From positions 69,039 to 133,038 of the forward strand of contig LLEV01000006.1 of the NCBI GenBank assembly GCA_001567515.1: DNA of 64,000 nucleotides. Reading direction: 5' to 3'. The position numbers and the translations under genes were made by a program. This DNA comes from Microgenomates bacterium OLB22 (GTDB lineage Bacteria; Patescibacteriota; Microgenomatia; UBA1406; HO2-37-13b). This document shows, piece after piece, positions 45,752 through 55,196 of the stretch (position 1 is the stretch's first letter; each line of letters opens with the position of its first letter). The notes beneath the pieces were generated by a model. That model was given only the letters and a program-made list of their open reading frames with translations, made no database searches and had not been told where the DNA came from.

Positions 45752-47161
45752 TTGGCTGTTTGGAATACAGCACTCAAGACTTTCGAGAGCTATATGCCTA
45801 GTACACCACTTGAGCATATACAAAACTTCTCAACCAATTTCTCGGGTGTCAGCTATCGGGTAGTATCTCCCAAAACGGTTGCTGAAGTCTGTGAGATAGT
45901 CAAAGAAGCACGGGAGCGAAAAGAACAAGTGCACGTTGTGAGCAAGGCACACTCATACAATGATGTCTTCTTTACTCCACAGCGACTGATTTCACTTGAA
46001 CACTTCAAACACATATCATTTAACAAGCTGGACAAAAGAGTGTCTTGTGGAGCGGGTGTGACTATAGATGAACTCAGTGCCTACTTGGATAGACAGGGCT
46101 TCACATTGCCGTTTGCAGGATCCTATGGTGGCCAGACAGTAGTAGGTGCCCTTTCGACAGGAACACATGGCTACTATCGAGGAGGGGGTGGTCTTGGCGA
46201 GTGCGTGCAAAAAGTAAGCCTAGTAGATGGGCTAGGCAAGGCCCAAATGGTGTCAGATGAAAAAGAGCTATCAGCTTTTCGGTGTAATCTGGGGACATTG
46301 GGCATAATTACACAAATCGAGATGGAAGTCCAAGAAAAAGATGTTGTGAGATATCAGATCGTCTCACTTGGCATAAAAGAGTTCTTCGGTAGATACAAAG
46401 AGTTAGTAGCCATTCATGACCACGTACGGTTTGTGATCAGTCCATTTAGTGAAAAGATAGTCATGGCGGTACTTATCGATCATATCGCATCCGCCAAATG
46501 TCCCCTTACCAAAGGGGCTGCTTATCTATCTGACCGTGATTTCCCCACTTTACTACTTAATCTTTCGCGATGGGTATTTAAACGTAAGATAGTACACGGC
46601 ATAGTCAAACTTGTTCAATCCATTTCCTCTGTTGCGATTGATATCACTGTCCCTTTTTCTAGCTACATCTTTACAAGAAATGGAGTCGTCGCACAAAATA
46701 TCTTCTTGTCTCAGCTGCTTCACGCGGTGTTTAATGACCCTGACTGTCTAAACATGTCTCTCGCTATCGATCCTAGCGAACTTGAGGGCTTTTATGACGT
46801 ATTTTTCGAGCACCGTGATCGATATCCACAACTGACTGATGCAAATTTTTCTATGCGATACATGGGAGGCTCTGACAAGGTACTCTTGGGGACAAATTAC
46901 TTGAAGGACGTGATAGTAGTCGATGTCCAAGTGAGTAAGAAAAATCCTTGTAGCCTCCCCTTCTTAAATGAGCTAGAAGAGAAAGCCGTGTCTAGGTTTC
47001 GGGCTCGCCCGCATTGGGGAAAAGTTTTCTTCAGTGAGAAGAATACTATGGAGAAGGTATGGCCAAGGGAAAGTATCCAGCTTTTCAAAAAAGTTAAGAA
47101 AAAGTATGATCCCGATTGTCTTTTTACGAATCCCTATACTGTGCGGGTATTGGGAATATAG
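45752..47161 (+). CDS. FAD-linked oxidase (FAD_binding_4 + ALO-type C-terminal domain; sugar-lactone oxidase / DprE1-like superfamily)
   Basis: 'GGQTVVGALSTGTHG' and 'ARPHWGKVF'. The first about 14 codons of the track ORF (TTG start) are really the SDR tail. The first ATG is at 45794. Confidence 0.7.
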   Translation: MAVWNTALKTFESYMPSTPLEHIQNFSTNFSGVSYRVVSPKTVAEVCEIVKEARERKEQVHVVSKAHSYNDVFFTPQRLISLEHFKHISFNKLDKRVSCGAGVTIDELSAYLDRQGFTLPFAGSYGGQTVVGALSTGTHGYYRGGGGLGECVQKVSLVDGLGKAQMVSDEKELSAFRCNLGTLGIITQIEMEVQEKDVVRYQIVSLGIKEFFGRYKELVAIHDHVRFVISPFSEKIVMAVLIDHIASAKCPLTKGAAYLSDRDFPTLLLNLSRWVFKRKIVHGIVKLVQSISSVAIDITVPFSSYIFTRNGVVAQNIFLSQLLHAVFNDPDCLNMSLAIDPSELEGFYDVFFEHRDRYPQLTDANFSMRYMGGSDKVLLGTNYLKDVIVVDVQVSKKNPCSLPFLNELEEKAVSRFRARPHWGKVFFSEKNTMEKVWPRESIQLFKKVKKKYDPDCLFTNPYTVRVLGI

Positions 47162-47255
47162 TCGAAGTTCGAGGGATCATTGCTATCGACTTTTGATCAT
47201 TTTGATGTACATCGTCAATCTGGCATGATGAATTAAGGCAAGTCACTGCCCTCCT

Positions 47256-47420
47256 GATCCCGACCCGCCTATGTTCAACTTCACTTCATGCGTTACACGC
47301 AAGCAAGTGAACGTTTACAAGGACGGATTACGTCTCAGTAATTACTCACTCATGTCCGAAGGCTAGCAGACATGAGATACATAAACTGTGACGTAAAAAA
47401 ACCCCCGCTGGGGCGGGGGG
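47256..47420 (+). repeat. Family-2 repeat, copy B, ending in a terminator hairpin
   Basis: Homologous to 11831-11995. Helix 47351-47356 with 47369-47374. Hairpin CCCCCGC-TGGG-GCGGGGG is preceded by A7, which gives a minus-strand terminator for 47478..47822. Confidence 0.85.
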
Positions 47421-47477
47421 ATGGCTCTGCTTTCAACATGCAGAGCATTGGTCTCTACTTATTGTAGAGGTTGTTGG

Positions 47478-47822
47478 CTATGTCGTTGTCCTACTAGCCT
47501 TATAGGTCATCATGACCCCATATCGCTCATTCACGCTTCGCACGAGCGTGCATGGCACAAATCCATCCGGCACAGCATCCCCTTCAGGCAAAATCAGTTC
47601 GCCCTCCAGGTTGCCGTAGGGCATTCTACCCCCTATTGTCCGAGCTTCATACATATCCATGGCTCTCAGTATGGGGCCAAAGGCCTCTCTGGCCATTGTG
47701 GTCTTTACAGGACTTGCGTGCCCCTGCAAGACGTACTCGACTCGGTAGGCGCTTGTCCCTAGCATTTTACAGCCTTTCACGGTTGCAACCGATACCATCC
47801 AGACAGATGGCTTTCTGAGCAC
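47478..47822 (-). CDS. Hypothetical protein (GC-rich orphan)
   Basis: 114-aa ORF with several overlapping alternative-frame ORFs, a high-GC signature. A terminator lies downstream. The start is uncertain. Confidence 0.4.
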   Translation of the reverse strand: MLRKPSVWMVSVATVKGCKMLGTSAYRVEYVLQGHASPVKTTMAREAFGPILRAMDMYEARTIGGRMPYGNLEGELILPEGDAVPDGFVPCTLVRSVNERYGVMMTYKASRTTT

Positions 47823-47959
47823 ACAATATATACGATCAATGTGCCCAAAAAACCACCTGCCTGGGTATTGGCTAGATAGCTCTATGTGCAGAAGCTATGT
47901 TGCTATTAAGATAGTTTTTGTTATCTGATTAGCCACATATCCTGCGCTCAAAACATTTC

Positions 47960-48010
47960 CTATAGGATCCTGCTCCTTAATGGAAAGTATAAGTAGGCTA
48001 TAGGATCCTG
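47960..48010. promoter_or_regulatory. Two copies of CTATAGGATCCTG (47960-47972, 47998-48010) within a larger dyad, upstream of the recombinase gene
   Basis: Exact 13-nt direct repeat, each copy containing the palindrome AGGATCCT. The outer arms TTTCCTAT / ATAGGAAA are inverted. Confidence 0.35.
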
Positions 48011-48040
48011 TCAATAGGAAAATTATGCTATGCTTAGAGC

Positions 48041-48986
48041 ATGGAACTCAAAGAAGCTATGCTCCGTTTCCTCGAATACTGTGAGCTTGATAAGAATCTA
48101 TCTCCGAAAACGGTGAAGATGTATGGCTACTACCTCAACTTTTTTTTTGACTGGGTCATAAAGCAACCTAGTTTTAAAGGAAAGGAAGTCCAGGTCACTC
48201 AGCTAGACGACGAGACGGTCCGCGAATTTCGACTCTACCTATCACGTAACTATATAAATCCGTACAAAGGTGAGCTAAAGCGCCAGACGCAAAACTATTT
48301 TCTTGTGGCGCTGCGATCATTTCTTCGTTTTCTAGTGAAAAAAAAGCATAAAGTCCTCTCTCCTGAGGAGATAGATCTGGGTAAGACCGAAGAGCGACAG
48401 ATAACATTCCTTAAGGAAGATGAAATACGTAAGCTTATTGATGGCCCTGATGACACAGAGATCATGGGGGCACGCGATAAGGCCATCTTAGAACTTCTTT
48501 TTTCGACAGGTCTGCGTGTGTCAGAACTAGTCTCCCTTAACAGAGATCAGGTAAATCTAAAGGATGGTGAGTTCTCAGTCCGTGGTAAAGGACGTAAACT
48601 TCGTGTGGTATTCCTCACTGAAAGTGCCAAACGCGCGGTATCCTACTATATAAGGATGCGTGAAGATGCATACAAACCGCTTTTTATACGCTACTCAGGG
48701 CCCAAACCAAAGCAAGAGACAGATGAGGCATATCGGCTCACCCCAAGGTCTGTCGAACGCATGATCGAAAAGTATCGTAAGGAAGTAGGTATTACTTTTG
48801 CCATAGGACCTCATGCATTGCGGCACAGTTTTGCTACAGACTTACTCAAACATGGCGCAGACCTACGTTCGGTACAGGAGATGCTGGGTCATAAAAAATC
48901 TGGCTACAACACAGATCTATACACATGTGACTGACCTTGGGCTCAAAGAGGTGCATAAGAGGTTTCATTCGGGAAACAAGGAATGA
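48041..48986 (+). pseudogene. Tyrosine recombinase XerC/XerD-like, frameshifted before the catalytic Tyr
   Basis: 'ARDKAILELLFSTGLRVSEL' and 'HALRHSFATDLL..GADLRSVQEMLGH' are recombinase boxes. After the A6 run at 48893-48898 the +1 frame reads '[13 protein letters not shown]...' with a stop at 48984-48986. The annotated frame ends at 48934 without that motif. Confidence 0.75.
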
Positions 48987-49106
48987 AATAAGTGATTGAA
49001 AGTAACAGTTTCATTTTTCAATTCTCAAAGAACATTACAGGAGATCCTGTTCACGCGCTGGTGAACTAGTTAAGTATGACAAGATTGTTTTGGTATAGTG
49101 GAATAA

Positions 49107-50618
49107 ATGCATTTATCCAATCTCCTTAAGAAGCACTATGCAATGGTGATCGTATCTCTTGCTTTCATCTTTTTTTCCCTCTACTTTGCATCTGCTGCTC
49201 TTCATAAGCATCAAGTTTTCTTTACTCACTATTATGACCTGGGGATCATGGACCAGATCATCTACAACACTTCTCGAGGACATTTTATGGAGCTGACTGA
49301 TCCTTTCGGTAAAGAAAACGTTATTCGAATGGGTCTACACAATGATCTATTCCTAGCTATCTTTGCCCCCTTGTATTGGGTCTTTCCCTCTGTAGAGCTA
49401 TTACTTGTTTTGCAGGTAATAGTAGTAGCCAGTGGCGCTTTGGCTCTCTATGAGATAGGAGTGCATACCAAGCAGCCCGTCATAGGGGCCTTGGCTGGAG
49501 TCCTTTATCTACTCTACCCTCCCCTTCAGTGGAGTGTGCTATATGAGTTTCATGCTGTGACATTTGCTACCCCATTACTGTTGTGGGGTTGGTTTTTTTT
49601 GCTAATCCGTAGATGGCCTCTCATGTGGCTCTTCTTCATGTTGGCACTCCTTACCAAAGAGCAAGTTGGCTTCACACTCGGGTGGAGTATGTTCTTAGGT
49701 TATGCCTACTTGATCCTGAGAGAGAGTCGTTTTGCTAAACGATTCTTGAGGAAAGATCATGATAGCTGTGCTTGGGGGGCAACCCGATACAAGAGTCAGT
49801 ATATAGCCGTAGGCGCAGTGAGTATTTTCTGGTCTCTCTTATCCTTCCTCTACATCATCCCCCATTTTGGGACTGGCTCGCATTTTGCAATCGAGCGTTT
49901 TTCCGAATATGGGAATAGTCCTATTGAAGTTGTACAAGAGCTCATTAGTCATCCTGATCTACTTCTACAACGACTGTTTTCAGAGCCTGTACGACGATAT
50001 GTGAGCTTGCTTCTGGGCCCGTTGGGAGGAGTCCCCCTGCTATCGCCCATCTTACTACTTGGGGCATGGCCCGACTTTTTTTTATCAATATAATTAGTAG
50101 TAGTCAAAATATGGTGGATATTATCCACCAATATACTGCCGTTATTACTCCCTACATCTTTCTTGCACTATTTCAGAGTCTAGCCATGCTAAAAAAAATA
50201 TTTTAGAAAAAAATCTACACTGATCGGTATTTATCTAGGACTCGTAATATTCACCCTTTGGCACAGCTCAACGCAGAGCCCCCTTCCCTACTCAGCAAGG
50301 CGCGATACGCGTGTGCATGCCAGTGTACCGTATTACGGTCCAACTGTAATCAAATGGGCGACACGACTCGAAGATGACACTATCTCAGTAGCTGCCTCAG
50401 ATACACTAGCTCCTCACTTTTCACAAAGGAGAAAATTATTGCGATTTTCATCTAGATATGAGGGATTTGATTACGTCATCCTATTGCGTACTTATGTGCA
50501 GAATGATTGGTTTGACCAAAAGGATTCGATGAGTGCTTATAACTCCTTGATACAGGATCCGCGGTATCTCAAAGTGGATGAGGATGGAGATCTAGAGGTA
50601 TATAAGAGAGTGAAGTGA
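49107..50618 (+). pseudogene. DUF2079-like polytopic membrane protein, interrupted by two homopolymer indels
   Basis: 'YDLGIMDQIIYNTSRGHF' at the N-terminus. The middle part 'INIISSSQNMVDIIHQYTAVITPYIFLALFQSLAMLKK' is in another frame between the T8 run (50076-50083) and the A8 run (50191-50198). The C-terminal part, 50313..50618, is back in the original frame. Confidence 0.6.
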
Positions 50619-50755
50619 AGCTTAAAGATAAAAAGTCAAAGATCAAAGCCAAAAGTAGAGCTTTGAGAGATGTTTCTTTTTATATTTTTTAAGCTAGGTT
50701 TTGATATTTGATCTTAGTATTGAGTTTATACATCTTTGTTTTGCTACACTGAACT

Positions 50756-51895
50756 ATGCCTGCTTTTTTAAGCTCATTACTTTTTTGGGAAGCTACAGCG
50801 ACTCTAGTGGGCTCTATAATAGGCGCTGGTATTCTCGCGATCCCTGCTGCAGTTGCCCAGACGGGCTTCTTTATCGGTTTTTGGATCATCTTGATCACAG
50901 GCATTATTTCTGCCGTGCGACATGTCATGCTGGCGGAAGTGACTCTGCGCACAAAGCACATTCATCAGCTTCCCGGGTACGTCGGTATCTATCTGGGAAA
51001 AAAGGCACAGTGGTTCACTACCCTGATCTACGGAATGGCTCATTATGGTTCGTTACTTGCTTACTGCGTGGGACTAGGTACAATATTATCCAGTTTCTTC
51101 GGCGGAAGCGTTTTCTTATGGGGAGGAGTATACTATATCGCCCTCTCCCTCGGTGCTTATCATGGAATCTCATTTGTCAAACGATATGAACTCTATCTCT
51201 CATCACTAGTTCTTATCTTAGTAGTGTTCATAGGATTTTTTGCTTTTGATAAACTGAAGTTTGATCATTTTGTCTATATGAAGCCTGAGAGGTGGATCGT
51301 CCCCTATGGCGTCCTCTTATTTGCCTTTAGCGGTGCATTTGCTATTCCACAGATGAGAGAGACGCTAAGAGGACACGAGATGCATTTTAAACCAGCTGTG
51401 TATGTAGCTAGTATCATAACTTGTATCGTCTACCTACTCTTTACTGTTATGACGCTTGGGGTCACTGGTCAGGAGACTACAGCTGTAGCCACTATCGGTC
51501 TCGGACAGAAGATCGGGCCCTTCATGCTTATTCTGGGTAATGTACTAGCATTCTTCACAATGTCGACTAGCTTTATGACAGTGGCAAATGGCTTTGTAGG
51601 TATGTACGAGTATGATTTTGGCTTTTCACATCGCAAAGCATGGCTCTACGCACTTCTTCCTTCACTACTACTCTTCGCCTTTGGTTTTCGTGACTTTGTC
51701 CTCATCTTGTCTTTTGTAGGAGGCATTTTAACCACACTCATCACCGTAATGATAGTCATGACATTCTGGAAGGCGCGACATATCGGATCACGTCACCCTG
51801 AGTTCCGACTATCAGATCTACATATCCTAGGAGGTGGGATAATCATTTTTTCACTTGTCGGTGCTGTGCTTACAGTGCTGCGAAACTTTAGTTAG
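50756..51895 (+). CDS. Amino-acid permease (aromatic amino acid/Trp-Tyr permease-like family)
   Basis: 11 to 12 TM helices. 'LVGSIIGAGILAIPAAVAQTGF' is typical of this transporter family. Confidence 0.7.
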   Translation: MPAFLSSLLFWEATATLVGSIIGAGILAIPAAVAQTGFFIGFWIILITGIISAVRHVMLAEVTLRTKHIHQLPGYVGIYLGKKAQWFTTLIYGMAHYGSLLAYCVGLGTILSSFFGGSVFLWGGVYYIALSLGAYHGISFVKRYELYLSSLVLILVVFIGFFAFDKLKFDHFVYMKPERWIVPYGVLLFAFSGAFAIPQMRETLRGHEMHFKPAVYVASIITCIVYLLFTVMTLGVTGQETTAVATIGLGQKIGPFMLILGNVLAFFTMSTSFMTVANGFVGMYEYDFGFSHRKAWLYALLPSLLLFAFGFRDFVLILSFVGGILTTLITVMIVMTFWKARHIGSRHPEFRLSDLHILGGGIIIFSLVGAVLTVLRNFS

Positions 51896-51917
51896 TTGCT
51901 GCTATACTATCATTGCT

Positions 51918-53104
51918 ATGAAGCCCTATTTTGATATTTCCAGCAATTCCTCCAAAACTCGTGCGCGACGTGGAGCCCTCTCCAGTGCTCATGGTGATGT
52001 CCAGACCCCTGCATTTGTGACAGTAGGCACCAAGGCGACAATAAAGTCTCTTGCCCCGGAGGATCTATCACTGACTGGCACGCAATACATTTTTGTCAAT
52101 ACGTATCATATGGTACTTGCCCCCGGAGAGGAGATCGTCCAACCAGGCTGGAGGAGTTCATGCCTTTTCACATCTAAATAAGCCCATCATTACTGACTCT
52201 GGTGGATTTCAAGTGTTTTCACTTGGTCGCAATCACGGCATCGCTGAACAAGACTGGACAGAGAAACAAAAGCCAGCAGGAGTAAAAATATCTGAAAGAC
52301 GGCGTGGAGTTTCGGTCCCACATTGATGGGAGAAAAGTCCTTTTCACCCCCGAGTTTTCTATCTCAGCTCAGAAAAAGATTGGGGCTGATTTCATCGTCG
52401 CATTTGATGAAGACATCCTCAATAAGGCCTCCGAAAAGTATACGAAAGAATCAACAGAACGGACTCACCGATGGGCACTACGAAGTCTTGCGGAATTTGA
52501 GAAGAAGAAGGATGCTCCACCACATAGACAGCGGATGTATGGAGTGTTACATGGAGGACGATACGAGGATCTGCGCAAATGGAGTGCCCAGACGATTGCC
52601 GCGATGCCTTTTGAATGTTTGGCACTGGGGGGTGTCTCAGTCGGCATAGAAAACAAAGAGCTACGAGAGGAAGTTTCGTGGGTATCTGATGTGCTACATA
52701 GTGATCCGCGTCCTCGACATCTACTAGGTATCAGTACCCTTCCCGATGTTCTGTTTGGGGTGAAACTGGGCTTTGATACCTTTGACTGCGTTCTCCCGAC
52801 TCGATATGCCCGTATGGGACGACTCTATGATGCTGATTACAGTTCACTAGAGCTCTATGAAAGGCCCCGGAGAGATGTTGACTTTACTCTCGATATCTTG
52901 TCGAAAAAGTATAAACGCGATATGGGCCACATTAGCTCCCATTGTGATTGCTATGTTTGCAAGACGTATACACGTGCCTATCTGCATCATCTGTTTACTC
53001 AACGTGAGCTCCTCGCCTATCGACTAGGGACCATACATAATCTGTTTTGGATAGAACAATTCTTCGCAGAAATCCGTAGAAGTGTTGAGGGTGGAAAGAT
53101 GTAG
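51918..53104 (+). pseudogene. tgt: Queuine tRNA-ribosyltransferase, split into three frames by two single-base insertions
   Basis: 'ARRGALSSAHGDVQTPAFVTVGT', '[26 protein letters not shown]', '[18 protein letters not shown]' and 'CDCYVCKTYTRAYLHHL' occur in three successive +1 frames. The shifts are near 52138-52146 and at GAAAGA (52294-52299). Confidence 0.8.
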
Positions 53105-53112
53105 TTCTTTTT

Positions 53113-53206
53113 TGTCATCCCTGGTCCTATGAACGGAGTGAATAGTAACCCAGGGATCCAGTAAACAAAATTGAAGAGGAGATCTTGAATCAAGTTCAGG
53201 ATGACA
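53113..53206. repeat. 'TGTCATCC...GGATGACA' palindromic intergenic element (94 nt)
   Basis: Inverted termini, hairpin CCCTGG...CCAGGG, shared GATCCAG core, and a terminal imperfect hairpin. It generates the spurious peptide 'VILNLIQDL'. Confidence 0.8.
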
Positions 53207-53307
53207 ATGGGGTAAGTTTCAATGAGCATTTCTCAATGTTCAATGAATATTCAATAGTTTAATGATCATTGTAAATTGTCAACTTACCCTTAGCTCTTAT
53301 TTGCCTA

Positions 53308-53853
53308 TTATAGACGTTCCATTAGTCTTTGAACCATCTCATCATGTGGTTTGTGTCCATCTGCTGCAAGTGCTCCTTCTATGTCTGTAAGAAGATCTGC
53401 AACATGGCCAAATAAATCAGGAGAAAGCTGTCGACCATTCCAATCTGATGCACTGTGTGACCCTAACTAGAAGAGTCTTTTTTTGCTTTGTTTCTTATCT
53501 GCTGGATCGAGTCCTGTCCCTTTAATGTAATACACGCTACTATCGGAAAACTTGTGAGGCTTTCCCGAAATACTAAGGCTTATTGATTCACCTTCTGTAG
53601 GAAGTGTGACTATTGGAGTTTCTCTATAATACAGTGTTACTCGTCTACCACTTCCATAAACACCGGGGACAGAACCTTCCCACCCTTCTGTATTCTTTAG
53701 CTCTCCGTATGCTCGAAGTATACTTCCAGCCTGGTCAAACAGAACTTTTGATGCTTCTGCATATTCAGCTTCTTCACGTGCTTCGACTGCTTTTCTTTGT
53801 CGGTCAGCTTCATAGCTTGCTCTGATTTGTTCAAGTAATTCATTGTGTGACAT
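53308..53853 (-). pseudogene. Hypothetical protein interrupted by one in-frame TAG (53467-53469)
   Basis: The frame of 53467..53853 continues for 52 more sense codons after the TAG ('LGSHSASDWNGRQLSPDLFGHVADLLTDIEGALAADGHKPHDEMVQRLMERL') to a TAA at 53308-53310. Otherwise 160 nt would be unexplained. Confidence 0.45.
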
Positions 53854-53963
53854 ATGAGCCGATTACATATCAAAGATTATCTGAATCAAGCAGATCAAAT
53901 TATATTAATCAGACGCATATGAGAACATCTGGCGAGTACGAAGCTGACCTATAGCCACAGGTA

Positions 53964-54350
53964 TTATGAACTAGAATTCTTGTTAGCGTCTTCTCTGGGT
54001 TTTACTTTACGTGCGAGGTGAGCGGCAAGCTCAAGACGATGACGGATACGTTGTGATGCCTCTACAGCGATGGCTGCTGGGGCCCAGGGGACGACTGCCC
54101 CACCGAGGTAGATGAGGCGATCTATTATGTCGAGCTTGTCCCCGGTATAAAGATCCTTCCCAATAAGCGCATTGACGAGCGCGATCCCGTCGCCTATACC
54201 ATAGGCGCCAAGTGACCATGCGCTAGTCCCGTACTCTAGCGCGGTGCCGATGATGAGTCTGCGTGCTGACTTACCCACTTTACCAAAAAAGTCCTTTTTT
54301 ATTTTCTTCATCGGTTCGGAGTCGAGATTCTCTACTAGCTGCAAGAGCAT
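53964..54350 (-). CDS. Hypothetical small protein
   Basis: 128-aa ORF. The likely start is 'MKKIKKDFFGK' at 54311. It overlaps the upstream ORF. Confidence 0.4.
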   Translation of the reverse strand: MLLQLVENLDSEPMKKIKKDFFGKVGKSARRLIIGTALEYGTSAWSLGAYGIGDGIALVNALIGKDLYTGDKLDIIDRLIYLGGAVVPWAPAAIAVEASQRIRHRLELAAHLARKVKPREDANKNSSS

Positions 54351-54588
54351 CTAGTGTAGTAGTGACTGGCGCTTTAACGAGCCTCGCAGTCGTGCCCGCA
54401 ACCTCATCTGTCGATCTTCGTACTGTAGCAGCTAGTTCTCTTCGGGCAGCAGTAAGCCCTTCCCTCTTTTGCGCAGCCATCTCACGAGTATCGGTTATTT
54501 TGTCCTTCCACTTCGTCCATGAAGGCTTTTCTCCTTCAGGTGGTGAGGTGACTTCGGTAGGATCTGGTATTTCGGATTCATCGGTCAT
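54280..54588 (-). CDS. Hypothetical small protein
   Basis: 102-aa ORF with a charged, helical appearance. The 3' end overlaps 53964..54350. Confidence 0.4.
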   Translation of the reverse strand: MTDESEIPDPTEVTSPPEGEKPSWTKWKDKITDTREMAAQKREGLTAARRELAATVRRSTDEVAGTTARLVKAPVTTTLDALAASRESRLRTDEENKKGLFW

Positions 54589-54611
54589 ATGCTAACTATA
54601 CCATTATCAGT

Positions 54612-55196
54612 TTAGCTACCTTTCCTCGAAACATAAGGGTTGTCTTTAATATAAAAACGATATGAAGCATCTTGGGCTTTTGAGAGGCCAACTCTCTTAC
54701 CCGAGATGATCTCCTGCGGGATAAATCCATCATCGATAATAGAGATGACCGAATTGGGTTCAGTAATGTCTATTCCATCGAGTTCTGTCGTGATTCGAAG
54801 TGCTTGAGACAGTTTCCCCGGACCACTAGTCAGATCTACGAGTCCTTCTTTTCCTCGAAACTTTCGCATCATATCTATGCCGTCAATTGGCTCCAGAGCA
54901 CGTATCAAGACACTGCTAGGGATATCTGCTTTCTCTACTACGATGTCGAGACAATGCTGCATATGAATGCGATGGACATAGGCATGTCCTGCAGGTAAAA
55001 AGAGTGACGTATTTCTCTTTGTCTTTCCAATAAATGAGTGAGCTGCCTCATCGATGAAAGCGACATAAGCTTCCACTTCGACAATCCGCCCTGAGATAGT
55101 GCTGCCATTTAACTTTCTTACCAAGATCTTTCCGAGGAGGTCTGGTGCTACTGCCAAGGGGCTTCGATTATAGAAGTCCGCTCTTAGAAGCCTCAT
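54612..55196 (-). CDS. mpg: DNA-3-methyladenine glycosylase (Mpg/AAG family)
   Basis: 'FYNRSPLAVAPDLLGKILV', 'IVEVEAY...DEAAHS' and 'GPGKLSQALRIT'. Confidence 0.85.
   Translation of the reverse strand: MRLLRADFYNRSPLAVAPDLLGKILVRKLNGSTISGRIVEVEAYVAFIDEAAHSFIGKTKRNTSLFLPAGHAYVHRIHMQHCLDIVVEKADIPSSVLIRALEPIDGIDMMRKFRGKEGLVDLTSGPGKLSQALRITTELDGIDITEPNSVISIIDDGFIPQEIISGKRVGLSKAQDASYRFYIKDNPYVSRKGS

Noticed and set aside
11831-47420. The two Family-2 copies as attL/attR of a 35-kb integrated element.
   Set aside because: The interval contains core genes (lgt, yebC, glpK, tRNAs) of normal composition, and no integrase lies inside it. A dispersed repeat is more likely.
53467-53469. The in-frame TAG as evidence of an alternative genetic code.
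   Set aside because: TAG, TAA and TGA all terminate well-supported genes in this window (for example def and the MFS gene end in TAG), and long ORFs appear under the standard code.
54280-54350. The 71-nt overlap of ORFs 54280..54588 and 53964..54350 as another frameshifted single gene.
   Set aside because: There is no homopolymer at the junction, and the downstream ORF has its own ATG codons (54350, 54311). The two-gene and one-gene models cannot be separated from sequence alone.
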